A stretch of 32,000 nt of DNA from an uncultured archaeon. GTDB lineage: Archaea; Iainarchaeota; Iainarchaeia; Iainarchaeales; Iainarchaeaceae. The notes beneath the pieces are model-generated. The model did no database searches. It had not been told where the DNA came from and worked only from the letters and a program-made list of their open reading frames with translations. The DNA lies in contig CAZNZM010000004.1 of assembly GCA_964577555.1 (NCBI GenBank), forward strand, positions 85,300 through 117,299, read 5' to 3'. This document shows, piece by piece, positions 1 through 8,817 of the stretch. Both the position numbers and the translations under genes were made by a program. Numbering within the stretch: position 1 is the stretch's first letter; each line of letters begins with the position of its first letter.

Positions 1-66
1 TTATTTAAAAAAACAATCAGAACAAAAAAAACAATTCTAACCAACTAATTTTGAAAAAAAAATATA

Positions 67-648
67 TCAAAGCAACTTAAAAACATAATACATGTCTAGA
101 GATTTAATAGGAAACTCTTCAAATTTTCCCATATTAGATTGAATTTTTTTAATTAACCGCTCTTCAACAGAATTTGATTCAGGAGTTCTTGAAACAACAC
201 ATAAATCTTTTTGAATTCTATTAACTATTGAAAAATTAGACCCATCTTTACTTGGAACTTGAAACACCAAAAATTTTCTAAAAAAAACGTCAAAAACAAC
301 AAAAAACTTGGTTGAATTTGATTTTACTGATAAACAAACCGTTGGAATTTCATAATTAAAGCCTCCAACTCTAATTTTCAACCTTTCAACATCAAAAATT
401 TTTTTAAAAACACTAAACATTTTCAATTCATTAAAATAAGACAGCCTGCGATTAAGCAATCTAGTAATTCGAACAGCATCCAACTTTACAACATTATCTG
501 GTTTTGTCAAATCATAAAACGACTTGTTTTGAACCGATAAGTTCTCAATTAACTCTTTAAAAGCAGCTTCCGCAACGGCTAATTTTGAAGACAAACCCTT
601 TATCCTTCTTTTTCTTCGACGACTTCTTCTAAAACCGCCAAAAATCAT
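67..648 (-). CDS. Hypothetical protein, basic N-terminus
   Basis: 193-aa ORF oriented divergently from nurA; no family recognised; composition resembles the other real minus-strand genes here. Confidence 0.55.
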   Translation of the reverse strand: MIFGGFRRSRRRKRRIKGLSSKLAVAEAAFKELIENLSVQNKSFYDLTKPDNVVKLDAVRITRLLNRRLSYFNELKMFSVFKKIFDVERLKIRVGGFNYEIPTVCLSVKSNSTKFFVVFDVFFRKFLVFQVPSKDGSNFSIVNRIQKDLCVVSRTPESNSVEERLIKKIQSNMGKFEEFPIKSLDMYYVFKLL

Positions 649-741
649 CCTTCGATTAAATGATTACAAATTTTTATAATGATTTCCAATGGCAATCAAC
701 CTTAATTAGTATTTTAAAGATGGTTTGCCAACTTGTATTTT

Positions 742-1833
742 ATGGAAATTTCTTTTGTAATTGAAAAAACGGTTTCCGCAATACATTCACAAGAAGCAAG
801 AAAAAAATACGTTGCCGAAAAACTGACACACATAAAGAATAACAAACTCGGCTTTGAATGCGAAGGAATTCCTGAAAATTTTATTTCTTTCCAAGTTGAA
901 AAATGGGTCCCCGAAGGAAGCATTGCGGGAGTCGATTCTGGATTTATATCAAAAAAACTTGCTTCAATTGACTTGGTTCTTTTGCGAGCAATAGGAGTAG
1001 TATTCAATTTCAAAAACGGGGTTGTTTCTTCAACCAACTATTACCCTGATTATTTTCACTTTCCAGAACCATACTTGGCAGGAGACTCACTTGAATTCGA
1101 CGAAGTAGAACAAAGCACCAGCCTATTGAGATTAAGAGAAGAAATCAGAACAGCAAAATCCATAATTAAAACATACAAACCCAATTACCTTTTCATTGAC
1201 GGTTCAATAGTGCCACAATACCAAGACAAGCCAAGAAAAGAATCAGCACTTTCAGGCAGATACTCGGACATAATTTCCGAATTTGAAACTTTTTATGCTT
1301 GCGCAGAAGAAAATAATTGCACAATTATTGCGACTGTTGAAGATTCGCGAGGGTCAAGATTCAGACAAATTTTACAGGAAGAACTCCTACCCAAATCAAA
1401 ATTAGCCAAGCCTGAAGAACTTAACGGCTTGTTTGATTCGGCCATTTTGGATTATCTGCTTTCTGTCGGCGAACGCAGCTGCGCATTCACCTATACAAAA
1501 AATATTGCACAACACCCGGTGCTCCAAGATTTTAATTCAAAATGGGCAAAAGCAATTTATGGCATGTACTTAAAACCAAGCCTTTATGACAGACCTTTAC
1601 GCGTAGAATTCATATGCCATGGCGGGCTAAAAGAAAAAGCTGACGAAATAGCTTCAGTTGCAATGGCTCTAAGTTCACTGCATCGCGAATACGCATACCC
1701 TTCAGTATTGATTGATGCAGACATGCATGCAAAACTGAATCCTGTTGAAATAGACATAGTGGTCAACAGAATAATGGACAAACTAGGAAATTCAGTCAAA
1801 TTAAAAATGAGAAGAGACAACAGGCCATTTTAA
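742..1833 (+). CDS. nurA: NurA-family 5'-3' nuclease
   Basis: Motif 'GSIAGVDSGFISKKLASIDLVLLRAIG', then 'YLFIDGSI', typical of NurA; adjacent to herA. ORF opens at TTG 733; ATG at 742 is the likelier start. Confidence 0.85.
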   Translation: MEISFVIEKTVSAIHSQEARKKYVAEKLTHIKNNKLGFECEGIPENFISFQVEKWVPEGSIAGVDSGFISKKLASIDLVLLRAIGVVFNFKNGVVSSTNYYPDYFHFPEPYLAGDSLEFDEVEQSTSLLRLREEIRTAKSIIKTYKPNYLFIDGSIVPQYQDKPRKESALSGRYSDIISEFETFYACAEENNCTIIATVEDSRGSRFRQILQEELLPKSKLAKPEELNGLFDSAILDYLLSVGERSCAFTYTKNIAQHPVLQDFNSKWAKAIYGMYLKPSLYDRPLRVEFICHGGLKEKADEIASVAMALSSLHREYAYPSVLIDADMHAKLNPVEIDIVVNRIMDKLGNSVKLKMRRDNRPF

Positions 1834-1850
1834 TTACATGGTGAAAAAAA

Positions 1851-1964
1851 ATGATTTGCCCAAAATGCGGTTCAAAAAAATTAAAAAAAACATTTGAAAA
1901 AGGAGTGCAATATAAATGCGAAGATTGCGGTTATGAAGGAAACGTTTTTGAAGATTTATTTTAA
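1851..1964 (+). CDS. 37-aa zinc-ribbon protein
   Basis: Manual translation MICPKCGSKKLKKTFEKGVQYKCEDCGYEGNVFEDLF*, with two CxxC knuckles (CPKC, CEDC); sits between nurA and herA; below the ORF track length cutoff. Confidence 0.65.
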   Translation: MICPKCGSKKLKKTFEKGVQYKCEDCGYEGNVFEDLF

Positions 1965-1991
1965 AAAAACGATTGTAAAGGTGTTAAAACA

Positions 1992-3533
1992 ATGAACGAT
2001 AAAAATGAAATAGGAACAGTCATATCAAGCCCTGAAGGACCATCCCCAAGCTCCCTAGATTTTGTAGTACATTCAGGGATTCTACACAAAGGAATGTTTG
2101 TAGAACTTGACTACTCAGAAGGCACAATGGTATGCCTCGTAACCGATGTAATGAAATCAAACAGATATTTTGAAAGGTTCGAATCAGTCAAAGAATTTGA
2201 AAGCTCTGGAAAAAAATTGTTTGAACAATTTCCTGCAGCGGAATGGGAATATTTAATCGGAATCACCAAACCTCTCGGGGTTTATTCAAACAACGGAATA
2301 AAAAGAGCAACATTCCCGCCATCTCCTGGAATCAAAGTCAGAATTGCCTCACAAAAAACCATTGAAAATTTTTTAGGATTCGACTTAAAAACAGGGTTGA
2401 ACCTAGGCGTAGTAGACCACCATAACGTTCCAGTAAAATTAAATCTTTCAAGGACTTTACAAAAACACTTGGCTATATTGGCAATGTCAGGAGCTGGAAA
2501 AAGCTATTTTACCTCAGTCCTTTTAGAAGAATTGCTTTCAAGAAAAAAAGAAGACGGCAGAATAGCAATAATAGTCATGGACGCCCACGGAGAATACCGT
2601 TCCTTTGCAGACCCAGTCACCGACCAAAAATACGTGGACTTCTCACCAATGACAAGATACATAAAAGGCTCAGAAATACAAATCGGAGTACCAAAACTCA
2701 CAACCACATTTATATCATCAATTCTGCCAGGAATGTCACAAGCACAAGAACGAGACCTTGCACGCATTATTGACAAATTAAAAAAAGAAATGAAAGAAGG
2801 AGCCGGGCCTTTTGACTTTTCTTCAATAAAAGCAGAAATTTACACAGACCAAGAAATGAAAGAAAACACTAAACAAGCACTCGCAGGATGGATAAACTCT
2901 CTAGAACAAATAGGCATTTTCTCAAAAGTTGACAGCCCATCAATTACAGATCTCATAACACCAGGAAAATTAACCATAATAGATTTAAGCGATATAATTG
3001 ACTTGAAAAAAAAACAAATCATAGTATCTTATTACGCACAAAAACTATTCAGCAACAGACGAATTGGCAAAATTTGCCCATTCAACCTAATAATTGAAGA
3101 AGCACACCAATTCGCACCTGAAAAAGTTTCCAGAGAAAATGCAATAAGCAAAAAAATCATTGAAACAATAGCAAGGGAAGGCAGAAAATTCGGAGCATCA
3201 ATATGCCTCATATCACAAAGACCAACACACTTATCTACAACAGCTCTAAGCCAATGCAACACACACATAATATTAAGAGTAACAAACCCATACGATGTAG
3301 AAAACATAGGAAAATTAAGCGAAGGACTTGACAAAAGAAGCCTAGACATGATAACAACACTAAGAGTAGGAGAAGCTCTAATAGTAGGAGAAGCAGTAAA
3401 CTACCCAGTATTCTTCAAGGTTAGAAAAAGACTATCACAAGAATCAAGACACGAAACCACTTTAGAAAAAGCTGCAAGAGAATTCGAAGAAAGACAAACA
3501 CAAAAACAAAAAGACATAGAAAACTACATCTGA
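1992..3533 (+). CDS. herA: HerA-type DNA translocase/ATPase
   Basis: N-terminal barrel-like region, Walker A 'LAMSGAGKSYFTSVLLEELL', Walker B-like 'FNLIIEEAHQFAPE', 'AREGRKFGASICLISQRPTHLSTTALSQCNTHIILRVTNP'. Confidence 0.92.
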   Translation: MNDKNEIGTVISSPEGPSPSSLDFVVHSGILHKGMFVELDYSEGTMVCLVTDVMKSNRYFERFESVKEFESSGKKLFEQFPAAEWEYLIGITKPLGVYSNNGIKRATFPPSPGIKVRIASQKTIENFLGFDLKTGLNLGVVDHHNVPVKLNLSRTLQKHLAILAMSGAGKSYFTSVLLEELLSRKKEDGRIAIIVMDAHGEYRSFADPVTDQKYVDFSPMTRYIKGSEIQIGVPKLTTTFISSILPGMSQAQERDLARIIDKLKKEMKEGAGPFDFSSIKAEIYTDQEMKENTKQALAGWINSLEQIGIFSKVDSPSITDLITPGKLTIIDLSDIIDLKKKQIIVSYYAQKLFSNRRIGKICPFNLIIEEAHQFAPEKVSRENAISKKIIETIAREGRKFGASICLISQRPTHLSTTALSQCNTHIILRVTNPYDVENIGKLSEGLDKRSLDMITTLRVGEALIVGEAVNYPVFFKVRKRLSQESRHETTLEKAAREFEERQTQKQKDIENYI

Positions 3534-3722
3534 CAAAAAAAAACAACAAAAACAAAACTCACAAAAAAAACAAGCCACAAAAAAAATCAAAATTTTCATA
3601 AAAAAATAAAAGAATTGACACGCAAAAACAAAAAAACAACACAAACAACAACCTAAAAAAAACAAAAATACAAAACAAGCTTAACAGAAACGTATTTAAA
3701 GTAAAAAGTTATTCAATTTTTC

Positions 3723-4121
3723 ATGAAAGCTATTTTTGAAGTCAAAACAATGCAAACACAATGGAAACCACCATTCAAAAAAACTTCAACAGAAAACCAA
3801 TTTAAAGTTTCAGAAGGGGAAAGCTTTGACCATATTAATGCAAACGGCAATGACGAAGACATATTCCAACTCATAAAAATAAAAGGAGACAAAGCACTAA
3901 TAAAGCACAGCAGAGTATTCACAATAAAAAATCCAGCCACGGCACAAGTAGAAAAAGACAGAGGATTATGGCTCACAATTGAAAAAAGCGAAGCACTAAC
4001 ATATTTATGGGGAGAGCAAGGAATAACAAAAATAATAACCTACAAAGGAATTTCTGAAGAACTTGACGAACAAACAAAACAAGAAATAGCGGAAGATCTA
4101 ATTATTCAACAGGCGCAATAA
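3723..4121 (+). CDS. Hypothetical protein (132 aa)
   Basis: ORF 1 nt upstream of the alaX start, same strand, compact spacing; no family recognised. Confidence 0.6.
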   Translation: MKAIFEVKTMQTQWKPPFKKTSTENQFKVSEGESFDHINANGNDEDIFQLIKIKGDKALIKHSRVFTIKNPATAQVEKDRGLWLTIEKSEALTYLWGEQGITKIITYKGISEELDEQTKQEIAEDLIIQQAQ

Positions 4122-4122
4122 A

Positions 4123-4827
4123 ATGACACAAAGAATATACCAAATTGACTCATACGCCAAAGAATGCGAAGCCACTATAACAAAAGCCGAAGAAAAATTT
4201 GCATACTTGGACAAAACAATATTCTACCCCCAAAGCGGAGGACAACCAAGCGATACAGGAAAAATAATAGACCAAAAAGGCAACGAATACAAAGTAATTT
4301 CTGCAAAAAACAACGGAGAAGACATTATTTTAGAATTGGATAAAGAAGGAATATCAGAAGGAAAAGCAAAATGCATACTAGACTGAGACAGGCGATACAA
4401 ACTAATGAAAATGCACACATCATCACATATACTTTCAGCAATAATAAACCAAGAAACACAAGCACTAATTACAGGAAACCAACTAGAAGAACAAGAATCC
4501 AGAATGGATTTCAACGCAAAAAAAATCGACAAAGAAACAATTGAAAAAATAGAAACCAAAGCAAACCAAATAATAACAAGCAACATAGAAATCAAAATAT
4601 CCTTTGAAAGAAAAGAAATAGCAATGCAAAGGCCAGAACTATTCAAACTAAAAGACGTTCTGCCAAAAAACATTCCGATATTTAGAATAGTTTCAATAGG
4701 AAACTTTGACATACAAGCAGACGGAGGAACACACGTCAAAAACACAAAAGAAATAGGAAAAATAAAAATAACAAACTTCAAAAACAAAGGAGCGGAAAAC
4801 AAAAGAATATACTGGCAACTAATCTAA
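4123..4827 (+). pseudogene. alaX: AlaX-type alanyl-tRNA editing protein interrupted by a single in-frame TGA (4384-4386)
   Basis: 'FYPQSGGQPSDTG', then LD[TGA]DRRYKLMKMHTSSHIL, then 'QADGGTHVKNTKEIG'. Both halves are in the same frame and together make a complete AlaX-like editing domain. Could be a pseudogene, a sequence error or recoding. Confidence 0.75.
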
Positions 4828-4887
4828 AATACACAAACCTAAAAAACAAAAGATTAAAATTAAATTAACCTACACGCTAATTCAAAC

Positions 4888-5238
4888 ATGGAATACAAAC
4901 AAATAATAATAATAAGAAATGACTTAAAAATGGGAAAAGGAAAAATAGCAGCACAAGCCGCACACGCAAGCTTAGAAGCATACGAAAAAACACTTAAAGA
5001 AAAACCGGAATGGGTTTCAACATGGAAAAAAACAGGGCAAGCAAAAATAGTGCTCAAAACACAAACAAAAAAAGAACTAACAGAACTATTTGAAAATATA
5101 AAAAAAGAAGTCCCAGCAACAATGATAAAAGACGCTGGAAAAACACAAATAGAAGCAGGAGAACCAACAGCAATAGGAATAGGACCATGCCCAGAAACAA
5201 AAGTTAATAAATTCACAAAAAACCTAAAACTATTATGA
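4888..5238 (+). CDS. pth2: Peptidyl-tRNA hydrolase, Pth2 type
   Basis: 'IIIIRNDLKMGKGKIAAQAAHASLEAY' and 'AGKTQIEAGEPTAIGIGPCPETKVNKFTKNLKLL' match Pth2. Confidence 0.93.
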   Translation: MEYKQIIIIRNDLKMGKGKIAAQAAHASLEAYEKTLKEKPEWVSTWKKTGQAKIVLKTQTKKELTELFENIKKEVPATMIKDAGKTQIEAGEPTAIGIGPCPETKVNKFTKNLKLL

Positions 5239-5459
5239 AAAAAAATAAAACAACTTACCTAATAATAGGAATTCTAACAATAATAATTACAATTACACTA
5301 GTCATAACATTAAACGACATGAAAAAAATATTTTTCACAAACAAATTATTTTCAAACCTTAACCCATCCTGGATTTTCATAATAATAGGAACCATGACAA
5401 TATGCGGAGCATACTTATTCAGCATAGCCACAAAAATATTAAAAGAAACAACGAGGTAA
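5235..5459 (+). CDS. Small membrane protein, two predicted TM segments
   Basis: ATGA overlap with the pth2 stop; hydrophobic segments 'TYLIIGILTIIITITLVITL' and 'WIFIIIGTMTICGAYLFSI'. Confidence 0.5.
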   Translation: MKKNKTTYLIIGILTIIITITLVITLNDMKKIFFTNKLFSNLNPSWIFIIIGTMTICGAYLFSIATKILKETTR

Positions 5460-5465
5460 AAAAAA

Positions 5466-6223
5466 TGAAAAACTGGGAAACAATAAAAAAAGTAATAAAA
5501 GATTCAGACATTGTCATTGAAGTAATAGACGCAAGATTCCCAGAATTAAGCAGAAACACGCAACTTGAAGAAATAATAAAAAAATCAAAAAAAAAACTTC
5601 TCATAGTAATAAACAAATCCGACTTAATATCCAAAAAAAAAGCACAAAAAATAAAAAACAAAATAAAAGAAAACGCAATATTTATTTCTGCAAAAAAAAG
5701 AACAGGAACAATAATTCTAAAAAAAACAATAAAAAAACTTGCTAAAAACGAAAAAACAAAAATAGCAATAACAGGATACCCAAACACAGGAAAAAGCAGC
5801 ATAATAAACATGCTAAAAGGAAAAAAAAGCGCACCAGTATCACCAACAGCAGGATTCACAAAAGGAATGCAAAACATAAAAATAGACTCAAAAATAATGA
5901 TGATAGACACTCCAGGAGTAATACCAATAGAAGAATACAATGAAACCAAAATGGCGATAATATCAGCAAAAAACGTACAATCAATAAAAGACTTAGAATC
6001 AACAGGAATAGAAATAGCAGAAACACTGCTAAAAGACAACAAAACAGAAATAGAAAACCACTATGGAATAAAAGCGGACAACGGCGAAGAACTACTCATA
6101 AAAATAGCTGAAAAAAGAAAACTACTCAAAAAAGGAGGAGAATACAACCTTAACGAAGCGGCCAGAATACTAATAACAGACATGCAAAGAGGCACATTAA
6201 AAATAAAAAAAGGAAAAACATGA
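5466..6223 (+). CDS. Circularly permuted GTPase, YlqF/YawG (MMR1_HSR1) family
   Basis: 'DIVIEVIDARFP' start, NKSD (G4) before 'GYPNTGKSSIINML' (G1), then 'GFTKGMQ' and 'MMIDTPGV' (G3). Permuted motif order. Confidence 0.87.
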
Positions 6224-6230
6224 ATAAGTC

Positions 6231-6896
6231 ATGATATCACAGACATACAAAGAACCAATACAAGTATTTATTGCAATTTATGCAATATTTGGAATAATAA
6301 TATTTTACATAATATTTTCAAACCAAGGATTTGAAATACAGGAAAAATTCAATCAAAACACGAAACAAAAAGAATATTTCCTACAAAACCTCACAAAAAG
6401 AAAAATAAACGACATAAACATCACATACTTAGACAACAAAAACCAAAAAATACTCAAAAACGAGACAATAAAAGAACTTATGCCTGAAGAAAAAAAAACA
6501 CTTAACATAGAATCAATTTCAGCATCAGAAATAAAAATCATAGCAACAAGTACATTCTACAACCAAGCAGAAAAAATCATTCTGTTTGAAACACAAAAAC
6601 CTACAATAAAAACAACATACCCTAGCACAGTAAAATTCGGACAAAGATTCAACTTTATATTAGAATACTGCAACAACGACAATACAGAAACACAAAAAAC
6701 AACAATTGAAGAAAACCACGACAAAATATTTTTCTTGGAAAAACCGATAACAAAAACACTCCAAGTAAAAACAGGAGAATGTGAAAAAATAACATATAAC
6801 TTTTTAGCAGCACACAGAGGAGAAACCAAAATATATTTTAATGTAATAACCCCAAATACTAACCAACAAATAGAAGAAATAATAAGAGTTGAATAA
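6231..6896 (+). CDS. Hypothetical membrane-anchored protein, N-terminal TM plus extracytoplasmic domain
   Basis: One N-terminal TM 'QVFIAIYAIFGIIIFYIIFS', then a soluble T/N/K-rich domain. Confidence 0.55.
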   Translation: MISQTYKEPIQVFIAIYAIFGIIIFYIIFSNQGFEIQEKFNQNTKQKEYFLQNLTKRKINDINITYLDNKNQKILKNETIKELMPEEKKTLNIESISASEIKIIATSTFYNQAEKIILFETQKPTIKTTYPSTVKFGQRFNFILEYCNNDNTETQKTTIEENHDKIFFLEKPITKTLQVKTGECEKITYNFLAAHRGETKIYFNVITPNTNQQIEEIIRVE

Positions 6897-6899
6897 ACT

Positions 6900-7550
6900 A
6901 TGAAGCAAAACAGCAGCATAATAGAAATAATAGAAAAAATGGTCAGGGACGGCGAACCAGAAGAAAAAATATTAAAAACACTCCTCGAGCTCGGCGTGGA
7001 ACCTGAAAAAGCAAAAAAACTGCTTCTGTTGGGGCAAGCAGATACATTTTCACTACTTAAAAGAGAAATAAGAAACATAGTACACGATGAATTAGAAAAA
7101 GAAAAACCAATGCTCAAAAAATTCATAGAAGAAGAAACAATACAAGCAAACTACGAAGCAAGACAAGAACTGACAAAAGCAGTAATAAGCGACCTAAAAG
7201 AATATGAAAAAGACATTTCAGGATACAACAAAACATTCCAAGAAAAAATTGAAGAAAATGTCAGAAAAATAACCGAAATGAACGACAAACTAAAAATAAA
7301 ACTAAACGAAATGGGAGAAAACCTTAGACAAGTACAAATAGACATGGATGAAATGAGAATAAAAGGAATAGGGTCAAGAAACAAACTAATAAGCAACGCA
7401 CTCTGGCTATTAGGACTATTTTTCGGAGTTGGAACATTCTACATTTTCATCACAAGTTTCGGACAAGCACTAACAATCGACAACATAATAGTAATGATAA
7501 CAATGGCGCTAATCACAATAACAATGCTTTTTGTGGCAACAATAATATGA
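6900..7550 (+). CDS. Hypothetical coiled-coil protein with C-terminal TM pair
   Basis: Long charged helical central region and two C-terminal hydrophobic segments; starts 4 nt after the upstream gene. Confidence 0.6.
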   Translation: MKQNSSIIEIIEKMVRDGEPEEKILKTLLELGVEPEKAKKLLLLGQADTFSLLKREIRNIVHDELEKEKPMLKKFIEEETIQANYEARQELTKAVISDLKEYEKDISGYNKTFQEKIEENVRKITEMNDKLKIKLNEMGENLRQVQIDMDEMRIKGIGSRNKLISNALWLLGLFFGVGTFYIFITSFGQALTIDNIIVMITMALITITMLFVATII

Positions 7551-8010
7551 AAAAGCCAAAAACAAGTTCAAAAAAAACAAACAAAAAAATTAATTGAAAA
7601 CTAAAAATGAAAACACGCTTCACTAAAAAAAACGGCTCTACAAGAAAAAGACCATAAACGATTGAATTTTAAAATTAAAAATTGACAAAAAAAACTTGGC
7701 TAAAAAAAAACAGACAAACAAAAATTCAAAAAAAACAAAAAAACGGCTCACAAAAACAAACAACAAAAAAAACCAACCAAAAAAAAATAAGAAAAAAAAT
7801 GACTTGCAAAAAAACAAAAAAAAATAACAAAAAAACTTGACAAGCAACATCAAAAAAACAAAATTGGCTTGCAAAAAAACAAGCCACAACAAAATAATTG
7901 ACAAAAAAAATCGTCCAACAAAAAAACCAAAAAAACCGCAAAAAAATGGCTCACAAAAAACAAAAAAATAATGACAAAAAAAGGCTCGCCAAAACAAATT
8001 TAAAAAAAAT
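7551..8010. repeat. A-tract-rich, T-poor intergenic island containing dispersed repeat units
   Basis: 7855-7954 is near-identical to 25504-25604; 7814-7858 is near-identical to 25781-25824; recurring TTGGCTNRC, GGCTCGCC and TTGACA8 words. Confidence 0.8.
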
Positions 8011-8018
8011 AAAAAAAT

Positions 8019-8141
8019 TCAAGCTTTCTCATAATCCTTCAAATTCTTTAAAGCGTTCTCAAGCAAAATTTTTTTCCTCAAACTTTTTTCCTTAGAAATC
8101 AACCGGTCGATTTCACTTATAATCATTTCAATTTCCAACAT
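8019..8141 (-). CDS. Possible small protein (40 aa) downstream of hjc
   Basis: Manual translation MLEIEMIISEIDRLISKEKSLRKKILLENALKNLKDYEKA*; charged helical peptide, same strand as hjc. Confidence 0.3.
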   Translation of the reverse strand: MLEIEMIISEIDRLISKEKSLRKKILLENALKNLKDYEKA

Positions 8142-8191
8142 ATTACTAATAAATCATTCGAGCAATTTAAAAATAAAAGCAAAAAAAATAA

Positions 8192-8593
8192 TCAACGCAA
8201 AGTGCTTTGCAAACCACAAAGAACATCAATAGAAACACCAAACTTTCTCGCCTTTTCAAACGAAATAGTATAATACTTTCCCTTGGCAAAATCAGAAGCC
8301 TTAAGAAAAAACCAGCCTTTATTAGGATACTTCCAAGCAATATAAGTTTCACTGCCAGCAATCCTCTCCCACTTTATGAGGTCATTCATTTGAATGGAAC
8401 TAATAGCTAAATAAGGAGCTCTCCAAGCCTTACATTCTATTGAAATATTCCTGCCATTACCAAGCACAATAAGGTCAGGGCTAGGCAAATGATTCTTGCC
8501 AGAACCAGCACTGCGAACAACAGCAAAACCGCGTTCAGCAAAAAGCTCCATAAGTTCACGCTCAGCACTTGCCCCTTTATTATAACGAGCCAT
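8192..8593 (-). CDS. hjc: Archaeal Holliday junction resolvase Hjc
   Basis: 'KGASAERELMELFAERGFAVVRSAGSG....SPDLIVLGNGRNISIECKA' is the Hjc nuclease core (E, D, ExK). Confidence 0.92.
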   Translation of the reverse strand: MARYNKGASAERELMELFAERGFAVVRSAGSGKNHLPSPDLIVLGNGRNISIECKAWRAPYLAISSIQMNDLIKWERIAGSETYIAWKYPNKGWFFLKASDFAKGKYYTISFEKARKFGVSIDVLCGLQSTLR

Positions 8594-8817
8594 AAAAAAA
8601 CTAACAACACTTTCATTTAAAATTTGAAGCCCGACAAAAAAACCAAAACAAAAACAAAAAAACAGAGCCTACAAGGTTTGACGAAAAATTAAACAGAAAA
8701 AGGCACAACGTCACATTAATATACTTTTTCCAAGCAAAAATAAATACAAGCCCAAAAGGGCATTATGCTTAGAGAATCAGGATTTAAGCTTTTGAAACAA
8801 AAAAAATTGGTTATTGC

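Noticed and set aside
2504-3349. Antisense ORFs inside herA and, similarly, inside alaX, aIF6, srp54, ribD and radA
   Set aside because: They overlap strongly supported genes on the other strand and show no domain motifs; an effect of the strand composition bias.
3534-3690. C-terminal extension of HerA by reading through its TGA
   Set aside because: The open frame downstream is only K/T/Q-rich low complexity caused by the A-rich gap; HerA is complete before the stop.
4384-4386. Genome-wide UGA-to-Trp reassignment (code 4)
   Set aside because: Several conserved genes end at TGA overlapping the next start codon, and their proteins use TGG for Trp; only alaX shows the anomaly.
4384-4386. Selenocysteine at the alaX TGA
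   Set aside because: The aligned residue in the family is Trp, not Cys or Sec, and I could not identify a SECIS-like element.
4750-4780. Asp in place of Cys in the editing motif (QADGGTHV instead of CGGTHV) as a sign of inactivation
   Set aside because: To my knowledge DGGTH variants occur in functional AlaX-type editing proteins; not evidence of decay by itself.
7638-7997. F/L-rich minus-strand ORFs at 7638..7997, 14612..14893, 20792..21149 and 25518..25712, some sharing the peptide FVGRFFLSIILLWLVF
   Set aside because: They are reverse translations of A-rich, T-poor plus-strand sequence, which rarely generates minus-strand stop codons. The shared peptide reflects the DNA repeat, not a protein family.
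7551-8010. Possible CRISPR array or tandem satellite
   Set aside because: Units are irregular in length and order with no fixed repeat/spacer periodicity, and no cas genes are present in the window.
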